This document shows, piece by piece, positions 35,988 to 44,187 of a stretch of 64,000 bases of DNA. Each line of letters opens with the position of its first letter. Within the stretch, counting starts at the first letter, position 1. The notes under the pieces were generated by a model that saw only the letters and a list, made by a program, of their open reading frames with translations, was not told where the DNA came from and ran no database searches. Where the stretch lies: IMG/VR virus record IMGVR_UViG_3300044680_000280, positions 124,001 through 188,000 of that record; one strand, 5' to 3'. Made by a program: the position numbers and the translations under genes.

Positions 35988-36419
35988 TTATGTACCCTTC
36001 ACGATTAGTGGATCAAAGGTCCTTGCCGTAGCGTCCGCCACCTTCTTCCCGTGATCTTTCGCAACTTCCGTACGAGCGAATTCCTTGGCGTCTTTCCAAG
36101 TACCCGTCTCGACCCCGCGAAAATTGGGTTGAAGCTTTGGTTTGAACACATGGTCGCGTTCCCGACGAGCCATATGCTCTCGATGACGAGCACGGTAGCT
36201 GTTCTCCTTCATGGCTTTGGATGCCCAGCCACCCGATTCACCATCCTTAAGGACGAACTGAACCGAACTGGGATCAAAAACAATCTGGCACTTGCCGCCT
36301 TCACAACTGTTGCAAAGAAGGTTCTTCTCCCCGTTTCGAACGTCGTCGTAGTCCGAAAAACTGAGACGCATGTCTCCACTGTCATTGCAGGTTTGGCATT
36401 GTACTTGGTAGGTGGGCAC
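35988..36419 (-). CDS. FmdB-type zinc-ribbon protein (second copy)
   Basis: MPTYQVQCQTC...CNSC. Confidence 0.65.
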   Translation of the reverse strand: MPTYQVQCQTCNDSGDMRLSFSDYDDVRNGEKNLLCNSCEGGKCQIVFDPSSVQFVLKDGESGGWASKAMKENSYRARHREHMARRERDHVFKPKLQPNFRGVETGTWKDAKEFARTEVAKDHGKKVADATARTFDPLIVKGT

Positions 36420-36421
36420 GG

Positions 36422-37666
36422 TTATTTCTCCGATCCCCTATTACGCCAAACGGAACACGCTTGATGGAGAAATTCGACCGGAGTACCACTATTTACCCAA
36501 GCCTTCACCGGTTCAGGTACAAGAGACCACTCCACGTCGAGGCCTAGTAGCCCCATATCCCCGGCCAGGTCAGAAGACTTGATCCACTGTTGAGGCCAGG
36601 ATTCCCCATGCTTTCGTAGCTGGAATTCAGCAGTCTTGAACTCCGCCCCGCCTCTCGCTCTCACATAGATGGGCGGCTGCTTGCCCCAAATAACCGCGTG
36701 ACCCCCATCCTGATTGGTAGGAGCCAAGGACAACTCAGCCACACGGACCTCGTGCGCCCGCTTCGCCATAGCAGTCTTAACCGCCTGCCTCTTTGGTCCG
36801 ACCTGCCATTTGCGGATGTTGGAAAGAACCGCCGCCACGTGCTTACAGACCCGATTGATCCCCTCAGGGTCTCGAATAACAGGTTCGGAAGCCGTGCCTC
36901 GGGGTTTTCCATCAATGTAATTCTCACCCTTCGACCAATGCTCAGAACCGAGCCACCGCCACGCAGGACAGGAGCACGACAGGTGCAGGTCCATCTTGGA
37001 AAGATTCGTAACGTTCCCCGTGCGGATCGCCTTGACCTTTACGACCTTCGATCCATTCCCGCAATTCACGGCAAAGATCCATCGAAGATTGGGAATGTCC
37101 GCTCGCTTGAGATCCGCGGTGCATTGATGCGAACGTTCCGTCACAAGAGGGTTTAGTCCATCCTCAATAGCGTGGAGGCGTGTTGCAACCTTGATACCGT
37201 CGTCAGACACGTCCGCGGACATGACCAGTTCCGGCGCCGAATTGGCTAGGTGAGACTCGAGAACGAACTCAACCGAGGCATAGTGCTTGTACTTGCGGTC
37301 GCCTCGATACGGGTATTTCGTGATCGATTGATCCCCCGGAGGACGTCCCCCTGGATCTGTATACTCCGGGTGAACCTCCTCCATATGACGACCATCTCCC
37401 TTCTGGTCGTCCTGAGGCTTGGCCATATCGTCGGGTCGGTCCCGCCTGTAAATGGAGCCGGGTTCAGCCTTATCGAACTGCCTCTTGTCGTCCTCAGGCT
37501 TGTTAAAGGTTGACGTACCAGGAATATCTTTATCGAGAGACATCCCCTTGTCCGCTGGACCGCCCCCAGGAAGCTTCGCTTCCGCAATAGGCTCCTGCCG
37601 CTTCGAAGACCCGTAGTCTCGACGAAGCGTCAGGGGTTGCGACAATGCGAAACGACCATGGCTCAC
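36422..37666 (-). CDS. SWIM-type zinc-finger protein (414 aa)
   Basis: LSCSCPAW...RVCKHVAAVL (CxC...CxH). Confidence 0.65.
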   Translation of the reverse strand: MSHGRFALSQPLTLRRDYGSSKRQEPIAEAKLPGGGPADKGMSLDKDIPGTSTFNKPEDDKRQFDKAEPGSIYRRDRPDDMAKPQDDQKGDGRHMEEVHPEYTDPGGRPPGDQSITKYPYRGDRKYKHYASVEFVLESHLANSAPELVMSADVSDDGIKVATRLHAIEDGLNPLVTERSHQCTADLKRADIPNLRWIFAVNCGNGSKVVKVKAIRTGNVTNLSKMDLHLSCSCPAWRWLGSEHWSKGENYIDGKPRGTASEPVIRDPEGINRVCKHVAAVLSNIRKWQVGPKRQAVKTAMAKRAHEVRVAELSLAPTNQDGGHAVIWGKQPPIYVRARGGAEFKTAEFQLRKHGESWPQQWIKSSDLAGDMGLLGLDVEWSLVPEPVKAWVNSGTPVEFLHQACSVWRNRGSEK

Positions 37667-37669
37667 GAA

Positions 37670-38506
37670 TCAACCCTGGTGCTTGTCTTTCACTACGTTC
37701 TTGTGCTTTTCCCAATTATCGGCAGCCGCTTCGAGGGCTTCCTGGGACATCGAAGGGTTGCTCTCCTTGAAGCCCTTCATGACCTCTTCGCGGCTGCTCG
37801 CTTGCTGATAGATCATCGCAGCAACCTGAGCCGAGGTCGGCGTCATCTGATCCGCGAGAACGTTGCGGAGCCAATTCGACATCGCAGCGGGGCTTGGAGG
37901 AGTCGCCGAAAGAACATCGGTGGCAGCCTTGCGGAACGCCGCAGCAGCCTTGGGGGCTTCCACGGACGCTCGCTTGGTACGGGTCCCATTCTCGATTCGA
38001 GCGAGAAGGGTCATCACCTTCGCGAGCGGGACGGCGCCCTTGGTCTCGGTTTCGACGGCGATATCATTGAGAATTTCTGCGGCCTGCTTGGGAGTCATTT
38101 GCTTTTCCTTAGGTGAGTCGGTTTCGGAACGTCGTTGCAAGTATCGGAGACGAACGTCTTGAAGGGCATCCTCGAGCTCGTCCGCTTTCTCCGGCTTCAA
38201 ATTGTCCTTGATTTCCTCATAGTCCAAACGAGCCGCCGCCATGGCGGAAGCATCGAGGGCTTTCTCCATCTTGAAAAGGACATCAGGAACACCATGGATT
38301 AAATGAGCAGCGACCTCAAAGAAATGGTCCCGCTGGGGGCTTTTCTCGATGAGGTCGATGGCTTCCTTGACGTACTTTTTTAGCTGAGCACAGCGAAGTC
38401 GCGCGTCACCCAATTCCTCGAGCAGATAGACCGTGATACCACCAGCAACCTTGTTGGTTGACGCAGTCTTACGGACGCAGCGATCTTCAGGCACTTGTGT
38501 AGTCAA
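37670..38506 (-). CDS. Helical hypothetical protein (278 aa), possible internal head protein
   Basis: TTG start uncertain; several K-x-A motifs. Confidence 0.6.
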   Translation of the reverse strand: MTTQVPEDRCVRKTASTNKVAGGITVYLLEELGDARLRCAQLKKYVKEAIDLIEKSPQRDHFFEVAAHLIHGVPDVLFKMEKALDASAMAAARLDYEEIKDNLKPEKADELEDALQDVRLRYLQRRSETDSPKEKQMTPKQAAEILNDIAVETETKGAVPLAKVMTLLARIENGTRTKRASVEAPKAAAAFRKAATDVLSATPPSPAAMSNWLRNVLADQMTPTSAQVAAMIYQQASSREEVMKGFKESNPSMSQEALEAAADNWEKHKNVVKDKHQG

Positions 38507-38576
38507 GAGGCTACTCCCATTTCGTCTCGGCGGAACCGAGCATTCAAAGGACTAGCCTCACAAATACACTATGCTA

Positions 38577-39875
38577 TTACGCGGCGTCGGGCTCAGTAAA
38601 AGCCTGCGGAAATTCCTGAAGAAGCAGGGCCTTCATATCATCCGATTCCGCGGCGTAGACTGCCTGAAGCACGTCCTTACGTTCTGAGAAGTCGGCTTCC
38701 AGACGGGCAAGCTTCTTCTTGGGCGACAACGTAAAATCGTAGTTGGCCGGGAAGTCGGGACATACCGCCTTCGCCACCCTACGCCGGACATCGAGATTCG
38801 CAGGCACGGGAGGCGGGGGTTCCGCCGATGCAGTGACACGAGCGGGGGCTCGCTGAGGAGCAGGTGCCGGAGCGGCCTTGACCGGGGTTCGGCGCGGACC
38901 GTTCGTGGTCGTGAATTTGATGCCGTCCTGCTCAAAGGTTTCGATGTTGTCCTCGGCCGTATGTACCGTACCAACAATATCTCCGTCCGACTCATCCCCA
39001 ATAACGGAGCCGCCGCCGACATGATTTTTGAAGCTCATGCCTTCCGAATGACCCTCGCTCTTCGACACCACTCGAGCTACGACCTTTCTGGACTGTGGAC
39101 GCTGAATAGGAGGCGAAGGCTCTTGCTCAGTCACGTATTGAGAACGAAGAGCTTCCTTCTTGAGGAGGTACTCCTGCTGTTCCTCGGCGGACATACGATT
39201 GAGCATGTCCTCTTGCGTGATACCCTCGCCGGCCTGAATCTGAGCGTTCTTCGCAATGTGCATCGCTCGAGCGGCTCGTTCGCTAGTCAGATCGAGACGT
39301 TCCTTCGACCGCTCCCCCGCAGGCGTCACAAGCTGACGATCGAGCTCAACACCGTCCTGAGCTTCGACCTCCATGACCCCACGTTGAGTACGAACCTTCG
39401 TACCAGGAGTCACGTAGTTGACCGGGGTCTGTCCACGAACATAGCCCCTGTTGTTCGAAGCGGTTCGGTTGGCGTGCTCCCGTGTGTTCCCAACTTCTCG
39501 CTCGTCCGACTCAGTCGTGACAATGTGCGAACGGGGTTGAGGATTGAGCGGATTGCCCCCAATGACCGGGCGAACCTGAATCTGAGCTCGAGTCCTCTGC
39601 TCGTAAAGAGGGTTCCCCTCCTCGTAGTCCTCAGCAAGGACCATCCACCCAGCTTTGTACGCCCCTCGGAGAAACGGGAGCTTGTACTCGGAACCTTCTA
39701 CCTCTGCATTGGTGCCGTCGAAGTAGATCTCCGCGCCGGTTCGAACGGGAACACCGGACTGCCCGAGAGTGAAGGGCCGAGTGGCGATAAAACGAAGCAT
39801 ATCGCCTTTTCGGAACATGATCTGACCGGACTGAGATCGTGCCCCATTCTGTTGTACATTCGGATACGTGTTCAT
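38577..39875 (-). CDS. Hypothetical protein (432 aa)
   Basis: Long ORF in the operon; globular termini with a low-complexity middle. Confidence 0.7.
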   Translation of the reverse strand: MNTYPNVQQNGARSQSGQIMFRKGDMLRFIATRPFTLGQSGVPVRTGAEIYFDGTNAEVEGSEYKLPFLRGAYKAGWMVLAEDYEEGNPLYEQRTRAQIQVRPVIGGNPLNPQPRSHIVTTESDEREVGNTREHANRTASNNRGYVRGQTPVNYVTPGTKVRTQRGVMEVEAQDGVELDRQLVTPAGERSKERLDLTSERAARAMHIAKNAQIQAGEGITQEDMLNRMSAEEQQEYLLKKEALRSQYVTEQEPSPPIQRPQSRKVVARVVSKSEGHSEGMSFKNHVGGGSVIGDESDGDIVGTVHTAEDNIETFEQDGIKFTTTNGPRRTPVKAAPAPAPQRAPARVTASAEPPPPVPANLDVRRRVAKAVCPDFPANYDFTLSPKKKLARLEADFSERKDVLQAVYAAESDDMKALLLQEFPQAFTEPDAA

Positions 39876-39953
39876 TGTTATCTCCTTGGGGTGATTGAGG
39901 AAGCGTAGAAGCTCCCATTAGAGATAACTCCAAAAGTAAATTAGTAGTTTGGT

Positions 39954-40454
39954 CTACTTGAGGGTAACGAGGGGACGAGGATCATCACTGCCGGGCGTCC
40001 AAATGTCACCGGCATCATTCTGCTCATCCGCAGCTTCCAGAGTAAAAGCCTGCTCTTTCGTCTCAGCGCCCCAGATCGGCTGAATGTCTTCGAGGTTATC
40101 GTCCCCGGTAAGTTGAGCCAACGCTGACTCGATCGCGGTAACCTCCGTCTTTTTGTCGACGAGAGCCGTCGACAGGAACTGGGATAGACGGAGAGCCATA
40201 AGGTTCGAGCACTCACTGGGACTGGCGCCCTTGTCCTCCCATTCCTTGGAGAATGTGGCGAGGGGAGTTCCGTTACCATCACACTTCGAGAAGTCCTCGT
40301 AGGCCTCCAAGATGACATGAATGGTCCACTCGTCCGTACCAATGTCGGAAGGTTCGCATGTGAAGCGTACGTGAACCTTGGGAATGGCACCCGGGTTGAT
40401 TCCTTGGGAGTACAGGTTCAGGACTTGAGTGATCTTGGCAATCTGGGCGGACAT
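39954..40454 (-). CDS. Acidic hypothetical protein (166 aa)
   Basis: ATG start, operon strand. Confidence 0.6.
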   Translation of the reverse strand: MSAQIAKITQVLNLYSQGINPGAIPKVHVRFTCEPSDIGTDEWTIHVILEAYEDFSKCDGNGTPLATFSKEWEDKGASPSECSNLMALRLSQFLSTALVDKKTEVTAIESALAQLTGDDNLEDIQPIWGAETKEQAFTLEAADEQNDAGDIWTPGSDDPRPLVTLK

Positions 40455-40464
40455 GCCCGCCCCA

Positions 40465-40830
40465 CTACACCACCGCTCCGTGCTGGATCAGTACATTTCT
40501 AACAGTCCGCACGATGAGAGACATCCGACCCGCCACAAGGCGCGGGGTATCTTCAACTTCATGCTGCCAAACACGAAGGACCGTCCAACCATTCTTCCGA
40601 AGTCGGGCGTCCCGTACGTCCAAGGACTTCGAGTACTTGATGCTCGAGCGTTTCGAGGAGTGCTTGGAGCACCGTCCCTCGTCACAGTCCTGAACGAAGA
40701 TGGCAACTTTGCAGTTGGGGATGGTAACCGATGGGACAACCCCAAGCACATCCTCATTGGTCTTGAACCGAACTCCGAACTCCCATAACGTCGCACGGAG
40801 CAACTTCTCGGCGGGCGTACCAAGCGGCAT
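40465..40830 (-). CDS. Vsr/DUF559-like endonuclease homolog, catalytic motifs degenerate
   Basis: TPAEKLLR..LW..G.RF...P...KVAIFV...RD..LRKNGWTVLRVWQHE skeleton; PD replaced by PS, and DGCFWH replaced by QDCDEG. Confidence 0.7.
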   Translation of the reverse strand: MPLGTPAEKLLRATLWEFGVRFKTNEDVLGVVPSVTIPNCKVAIFVQDCDEGRCSKHSSKRSSIKYSKSLDVRDARLRKNGWTVLRVWQHEVEDTPRLVAGRMSLIVRTVRNVLIQHGAVV

Positions 40831-40865
40831 ACCCCAGACGGTTTACTAAGGGAAGTGCTGTTTTT

Positions 40866-40895
40866 TTGAACAATCAGAATGATATGTGCTATTAA
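40866..40895 (+). promoter_or_regulatory. Candidate sigma70-type promoter for the tRNA
   Basis: TTGAAC-N18-TATTAA with TG at the extended -10 position, in an AT-rich gap. Confidence 0.45.
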
Positions 40896-40903
40896 ATAAA
40901 TGA

Positions 40904-40936
40904 ATGCCCGATCGATTAGCACAATCGATCGGGCAT
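40904..40936. promoter_or_regulatory. Perfect 14-bp hairpin
   Basis: ATGCCCGATCGATT-agcac-AATCGATCGGGCAT, 14 nt upstream of the tRNA. Confidence 0.7.
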
Positions 40937-40950
40937 CGAGAAATGTGGAT

Positions 40951-41022
40951 GGGGAGTTAGTTTAACGGGCAAAACACAAGGCTGACACCCCTGCAATACG
41001 GGTTCGATTCCCGTACTCTCCA
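40951..41022 (+). tRNA. tRNA with anticodon GAC (Val-decoding) and G3:U70 acceptor stem; no encoded CCA
   Basis: Acceptor GGGGAGT/ACTCTCC+A73; D-stem GTTT/AAAC; anticodon stem CAAGG/CCCTG (one A:C mismatch) with loop CTGACAC; T-arm ACGGG-TTCGATT-CCCGT. Confidence 0.85.
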
Positions 41023-41045
41023 CACCCACAGATTTAAATGAAAAT

Positions 41046-41086
41046 AGTAAATGGGAGAAGGTTTTTCAAGCCTTCTCCCATTTACT
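41046..41086 (-). terminator. Intrinsic terminator downstream of the major capsid gene
   Basis: Perfect 16-bp stem AGTAAATGGGAGAAGG/CCTTCTCCCATTTACT, 8 nt after the MCP stop, followed by ATTTTCATTT on the minus strand. Confidence 0.75.
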
Positions 41087-41094
41087 TCACTCGC

Positions 41095-41976
41095 TTAGAA
41101 GCGGGTGATGACGAGGCGGGTGAGGCCTTTGGGGTTGAAGGCACCGATGCCGACATTTTCGAAACAAGAGAAGCCGATCGTACGAGCCTTCGGGTCATCG
41201 GCGCTCAGAACCGTCAGCTCGGTGCGGACGGGGAATCGACCGAAGTTTTCCGGCTCGGCACAGACGTACACGAACCCGACGGGCACGAGACGGCTGATGA
41301 TGATTTGGGCACCCCAGAGAACGGCCTGAAGGCCCGTCTTGAGGAGGGTCGCCTGGGACTCGATGTCCAGGATGTCACGACCGAACTTGCGGATGTCCGC
41401 GTAGTCGACCGCGTTCATGTAGATACGAGCGACGCGAAGGTCGTTTCGCTCGATCTCGGCGAAGGCATCGGCGAGAACCGACGGGCTGAGAGGAGCCACG
41501 ACGGAAACGTCGGGGTTCGTCTGGCCGGGGAGGGTGTCGAAGCCGGAGACGGCAATCGAGTCGAGAACCGCGAACACGCGCTCGTCTTCCGCGGCCTGGA
41601 TCTGCGCCTTCGCGAGGTCCTGAGCGCGTTCGATGAGGTCGAATCGGCGTTCCTTGATCTGGGTCAGCGGAATCTCGGGGTTCGAGGCACACTCGAACAA
41701 CGGGAAGATGACTCGGCGCGGCTTCTGAATGGCAAGAATGTTCTCGCCTTCTTCACCGACGACGAACGCCGTGACCTCAGGGTCCTTGTCGTAGATCGGC
41801 AAGGCGCCGTCCGGGAGCTGCTCGACGAGGAAGGTCTTGCGACCGACCGCCGTGTAGTCTCGGCGAAGGCGGAGGGGTTGGATCATCGAAGCTGCGAGCT
41901 TCGAGCGACCGGCAGCGGTCTTGATGTACTCGCTGATGATTGCTTGCTTGGTTTCGTTCGAAACTTGGGGGTACAT
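41095..41976 (-). CDS. Major capsid protein (HK97-type, 293 aa)
   Basis: Order protease-scaffold-decoration-MCP; strongly biased codons; own terminator; sequence pattern (GRKTFLVEQLPDGALPIYD, ASNPEI, AEDERVF) of HK97-fold MCPs. Confidence 0.85.
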   Translation of the reverse strand: MYPQVSNETKQAIISEYIKTAAGRSKLAASMIQPLRLRRDYTAVGRKTFLVEQLPDGALPIYDKDPEVTAFVVGEEGENILAIQKPRRVIFPLFECASNPEIPLTQIKERRFDLIERAQDLAKAQIQAAEDERVFAVLDSIAVSGFDTLPGQTNPDVSVVAPLSPSVLADAFAEIERNDLRVARIYMNAVDYADIRKFGRDILDIESQATLLKTGLQAVLWGAQIIISRLVPVGFVYVCAEPENFGRFPVRTELTVLSADDPKARTIGFSCFENVGIGAFNPKGLTRLVITRF

Positions 41977-42004
41977 GGCTTTCCTTAGCTCCTCTTCTTC
42001 TTTT

Positions 42005-42625
42005 TCAGACTCGAAGGTCGATCACGAGGAGCGACGAGTTTGCATCCGGGGCAACCTTGACCACGCCAAGTTGCTTGACGTAGTAGATCTGGTTCTGACC
42101 AGAGACGTTGTATTCGTACGCATCGGCGAGGATGTTCGTGACGAATCCGTTGACGCTGGCGTAGACCGCGTCACCCGGGTTGTACGTAATCGTCGTGCCG
42201 GGCGTGATTTGCGACTTGGTCTCATAGACGGCGAGTCCGAGAGACGTGCCCGAGCCGCAGAGGTACGGAGCGCGACCCGAGGCGACGCCCGGGGTGTTCT
42301 CGTACGCATTGCCGATCGCGTCGTTGACAAAGATACCGAGGGGCTTGCACCCAGCGGCGTAGGAAGCAGTGTTCGGACCACCGTGGAAGCCGTTACCGTA
42401 GTCGGGGCGCGTGAACGCGACCGATCCACCGAGAACGCCGACCTTCGAGATTGACGCGAGTGTGGTGGATGCTTGTCCGGCGACTTTGCAGGGATTGGCT
42501 TGCGTGAAACCGTCCGGCGTGAGCATACCCAGCGAGTTGCGGGTAACGACGTGGAAGATTTGAACGCGAGCCGAGGTCTCCTTGAAATCACCCGAGCCTT
42601 GTCCACCGATGGCATAGCTGGTCAT
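42005..42625 (-). CDS. Capsid decoration/cement protein (206 aa)
   Basis: Directly upstream of MCP; KPLGIF...YET...Y.PGDAVYAS.NG pattern; high-GC3 codons. Confidence 0.6.
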   Translation of the reverse strand: MTSYAIGGQGSGDFKETSARVQIFHVVTRNSLGMLTPDGFTQANPCKVAGQASTTLASISKVGVLGGSVAFTRPDYGNGFHGGPNTASYAAGCKPLGIFVNDAIGNAYENTPGVASGRAPYLCGSGTSLGLAVYETKSQITPGTTITYNPGDAVYASVNGFVTNILADAYEYNVSGQNQIYYVKQLGVVKVAPDANSSLLVIDLRV

Positions 42626-42683
42626 GTTGAGAACTCCATGGGCTTGTTGCTTGGGGTGCTTTGATCCGATTTACATATTTGGA

Positions 42684-42713
42684 GATAACTGGAGATGCTA
42701 ATCCCCAGTTATC
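42684..42713. promoter_or_regulatory. Intergenic hairpin after the scaffold gene
   Basis: GATAACTGG / CCAGTTATC 9-bp stem. Confidence 0.4.
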
Positions 42714-42719
42714 AAACCG

Positions 42720-44144
42720 TTATCGATTGTTGATTCCGAAATGCTCGCGAACGTCCGGAGCCGAGGCCCAGAGATTGGAGAGCTTGTCTACGTCGGTTCC
42801 CGCCGTCTTCGAGGTCGGAGCCGCGCCACCACCAACTCGGCTTACGCCTGCCGTGGGACGAGTACCGACGGTACGAGTCGAAGGGGAGCGAAGAACGTTC
42901 GCCTGAACCTGTTGACCCTGCTGAGCCTGTTGGGCTTGCTCGGCATCATCCGTCTCTTGATTCGCGAAGAGGGTCTTGAGAACGTCGTCTTCCGGTCCGA
43001 GTTGAACTTCGCCGACGTCCATCGGGGAGGGTTCGAGTTCGATGTCGCCGAGTCCGGCAACACTCACGTTGGTGGCCGTTGCAGGAGCGAGCATGTCGTC
43101 GAGGAGCTGGTCATCGCTCGCCTGGAACTGTTGACCCTGGCCCTGCTGATCTTGCTGACCTTGCTGACCTTGCTGACCTTGCTGACCCTGTTGAGCGCGC
43201 AGTTGCTGAACGGCCTGCTGAACGAGAGTGGAGATCTGCATCTGCTGCGTCGCCTGCTGTTGCTGGGGCTGGCCTTGACCCTGACCCTGACCTTGACCTT
43301 GACCCTGCTGATCGCCTTGGGCCTTTTTCGCCGAGGCAACGGGGTTGTTGTGTCCCCACTGGCCGCCCGGGAATTCGGCTTGCGAACCTTGCTGCTGCTT
43401 CATGGCCTCTTGAACCATCTGCTGAACAGCGGCCATGGCCTTCTGCTGGTCGCCCTGACCCATGGCCTCCATACATTGCTGCATGGCAGTCTGGTAAGCG
43501 GCGGACTCCTGCTGCATGCCGCCCTGTTGACCCTGCTGACCCTGGTCCTGCTGGGCAGCCTGCTGACCCTGGTCCTGCTGGGCAGCCTGCTGATCTTGCT
43601 GAGCGGGCGGGGGCTCTTGCTGTCCCTGATCCTGAGCAACGGGCTGTGCAACGGCGGCCTGTTGATCTTGCTGAGCGGGGGCTTGCTGACCCTGTTGACC
43701 CTGCTGGTCATCCGCGAGTCGCTGGAAGGTCTCAATGAGATCCGAGTCACGAAGGGCCATGAGTGCAACGGCCTGATCCTCGACGACAGCTTCGGACGCA
43801 GTCGGAAGCAACTGACGGGCGATCTTCACGCAAAGGTCGGCCTTCTTGAAAACGAGTTGGTCCGCAGCGGACTTCGCCATCTCCGGGTGGTTGAAGGTCT
43901 CGGGACGAAACTCGGCTTCACCGATCTCGTTGCGCTTGGTCGCGCCTCCCGAGTATTCCTTTTCCCACTCATTCGGGGAATGGACGTCCTCGGCCCAAGA
44001 CGACGGCGTACCGTTCATGTACTTGCTGGCCGGGGGGTTCTTGCTGACGTGGTCTTGATTCATGAGATACGGGTCGGCCACTTTCGGCATGGCAGCCGTT
44101 CGCTGAATCTCGGCACGATTCCAAGTAGTGCGTTCACGCGTCAT
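42720..44144 (-). CDS. Gln-rich capsid scaffold-like protein (474 aa)
   Basis: Between protease and decoration/MCP genes; about 200-aa Q/G/A low-complexity core. Confidence 0.65.
   Translation of the reverse strand: MTRERTTWNRAEIQRTAAMPKVADPYLMNQDHVSKNPPASKYMNGTPSSWAEDVHSPNEWEKEYSGGATKRNEIGEAEFRPETFNHPEMAKSAADQLVFKKADLCVKIARQLLPTASEAVVEDQAVALMALRDSDLIETFQRLADDQQGQQGQQAPAQQDQQAAVAQPVAQDQGQQEPPPAQQDQQAAQQDQGQQAAQQDQGQQGQQGGMQQESAAYQTAMQQCMEAMGQGDQQKAMAAVQQMVQEAMKQQQGSQAEFPGGQWGHNNPVASAKKAQGDQQGQGQGQGQGQGQPQQQQATQQMQISTLVQQAVQQLRAQQGQQGQQGQQGQQDQQGQGQQFQASDDQLLDDMLAPATATNVSVAGLGDIELEPSPMDVGEVQLGPEDDVLKTLFANQETDDAEQAQQAQQGQQVQANVLRSPSTRTVGTRPTAGVSRVGGGAAPTSKTAGTDVDKLSNLWASAPDVREHFGINNR
43140..43595 (-). 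repeat. Coding tandem repeats: 9-bp (QQG)n at about 43140-43195, 6-bp (QG)n at about 43275-43305, 27-bp unit x2.3 at 43532-43593
   Basis: CCTTGCTGA runs, TGACCC/TGACCT runs, and CCTGCTGACCCTGGTCCTGCTGGGCAG repeated exactly. Confidence 0.85.
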
Positions 44145-44187
44145 GATAGGTCACCCTTTTCTCGAACAATGGTGTTTATAGAAAGAA

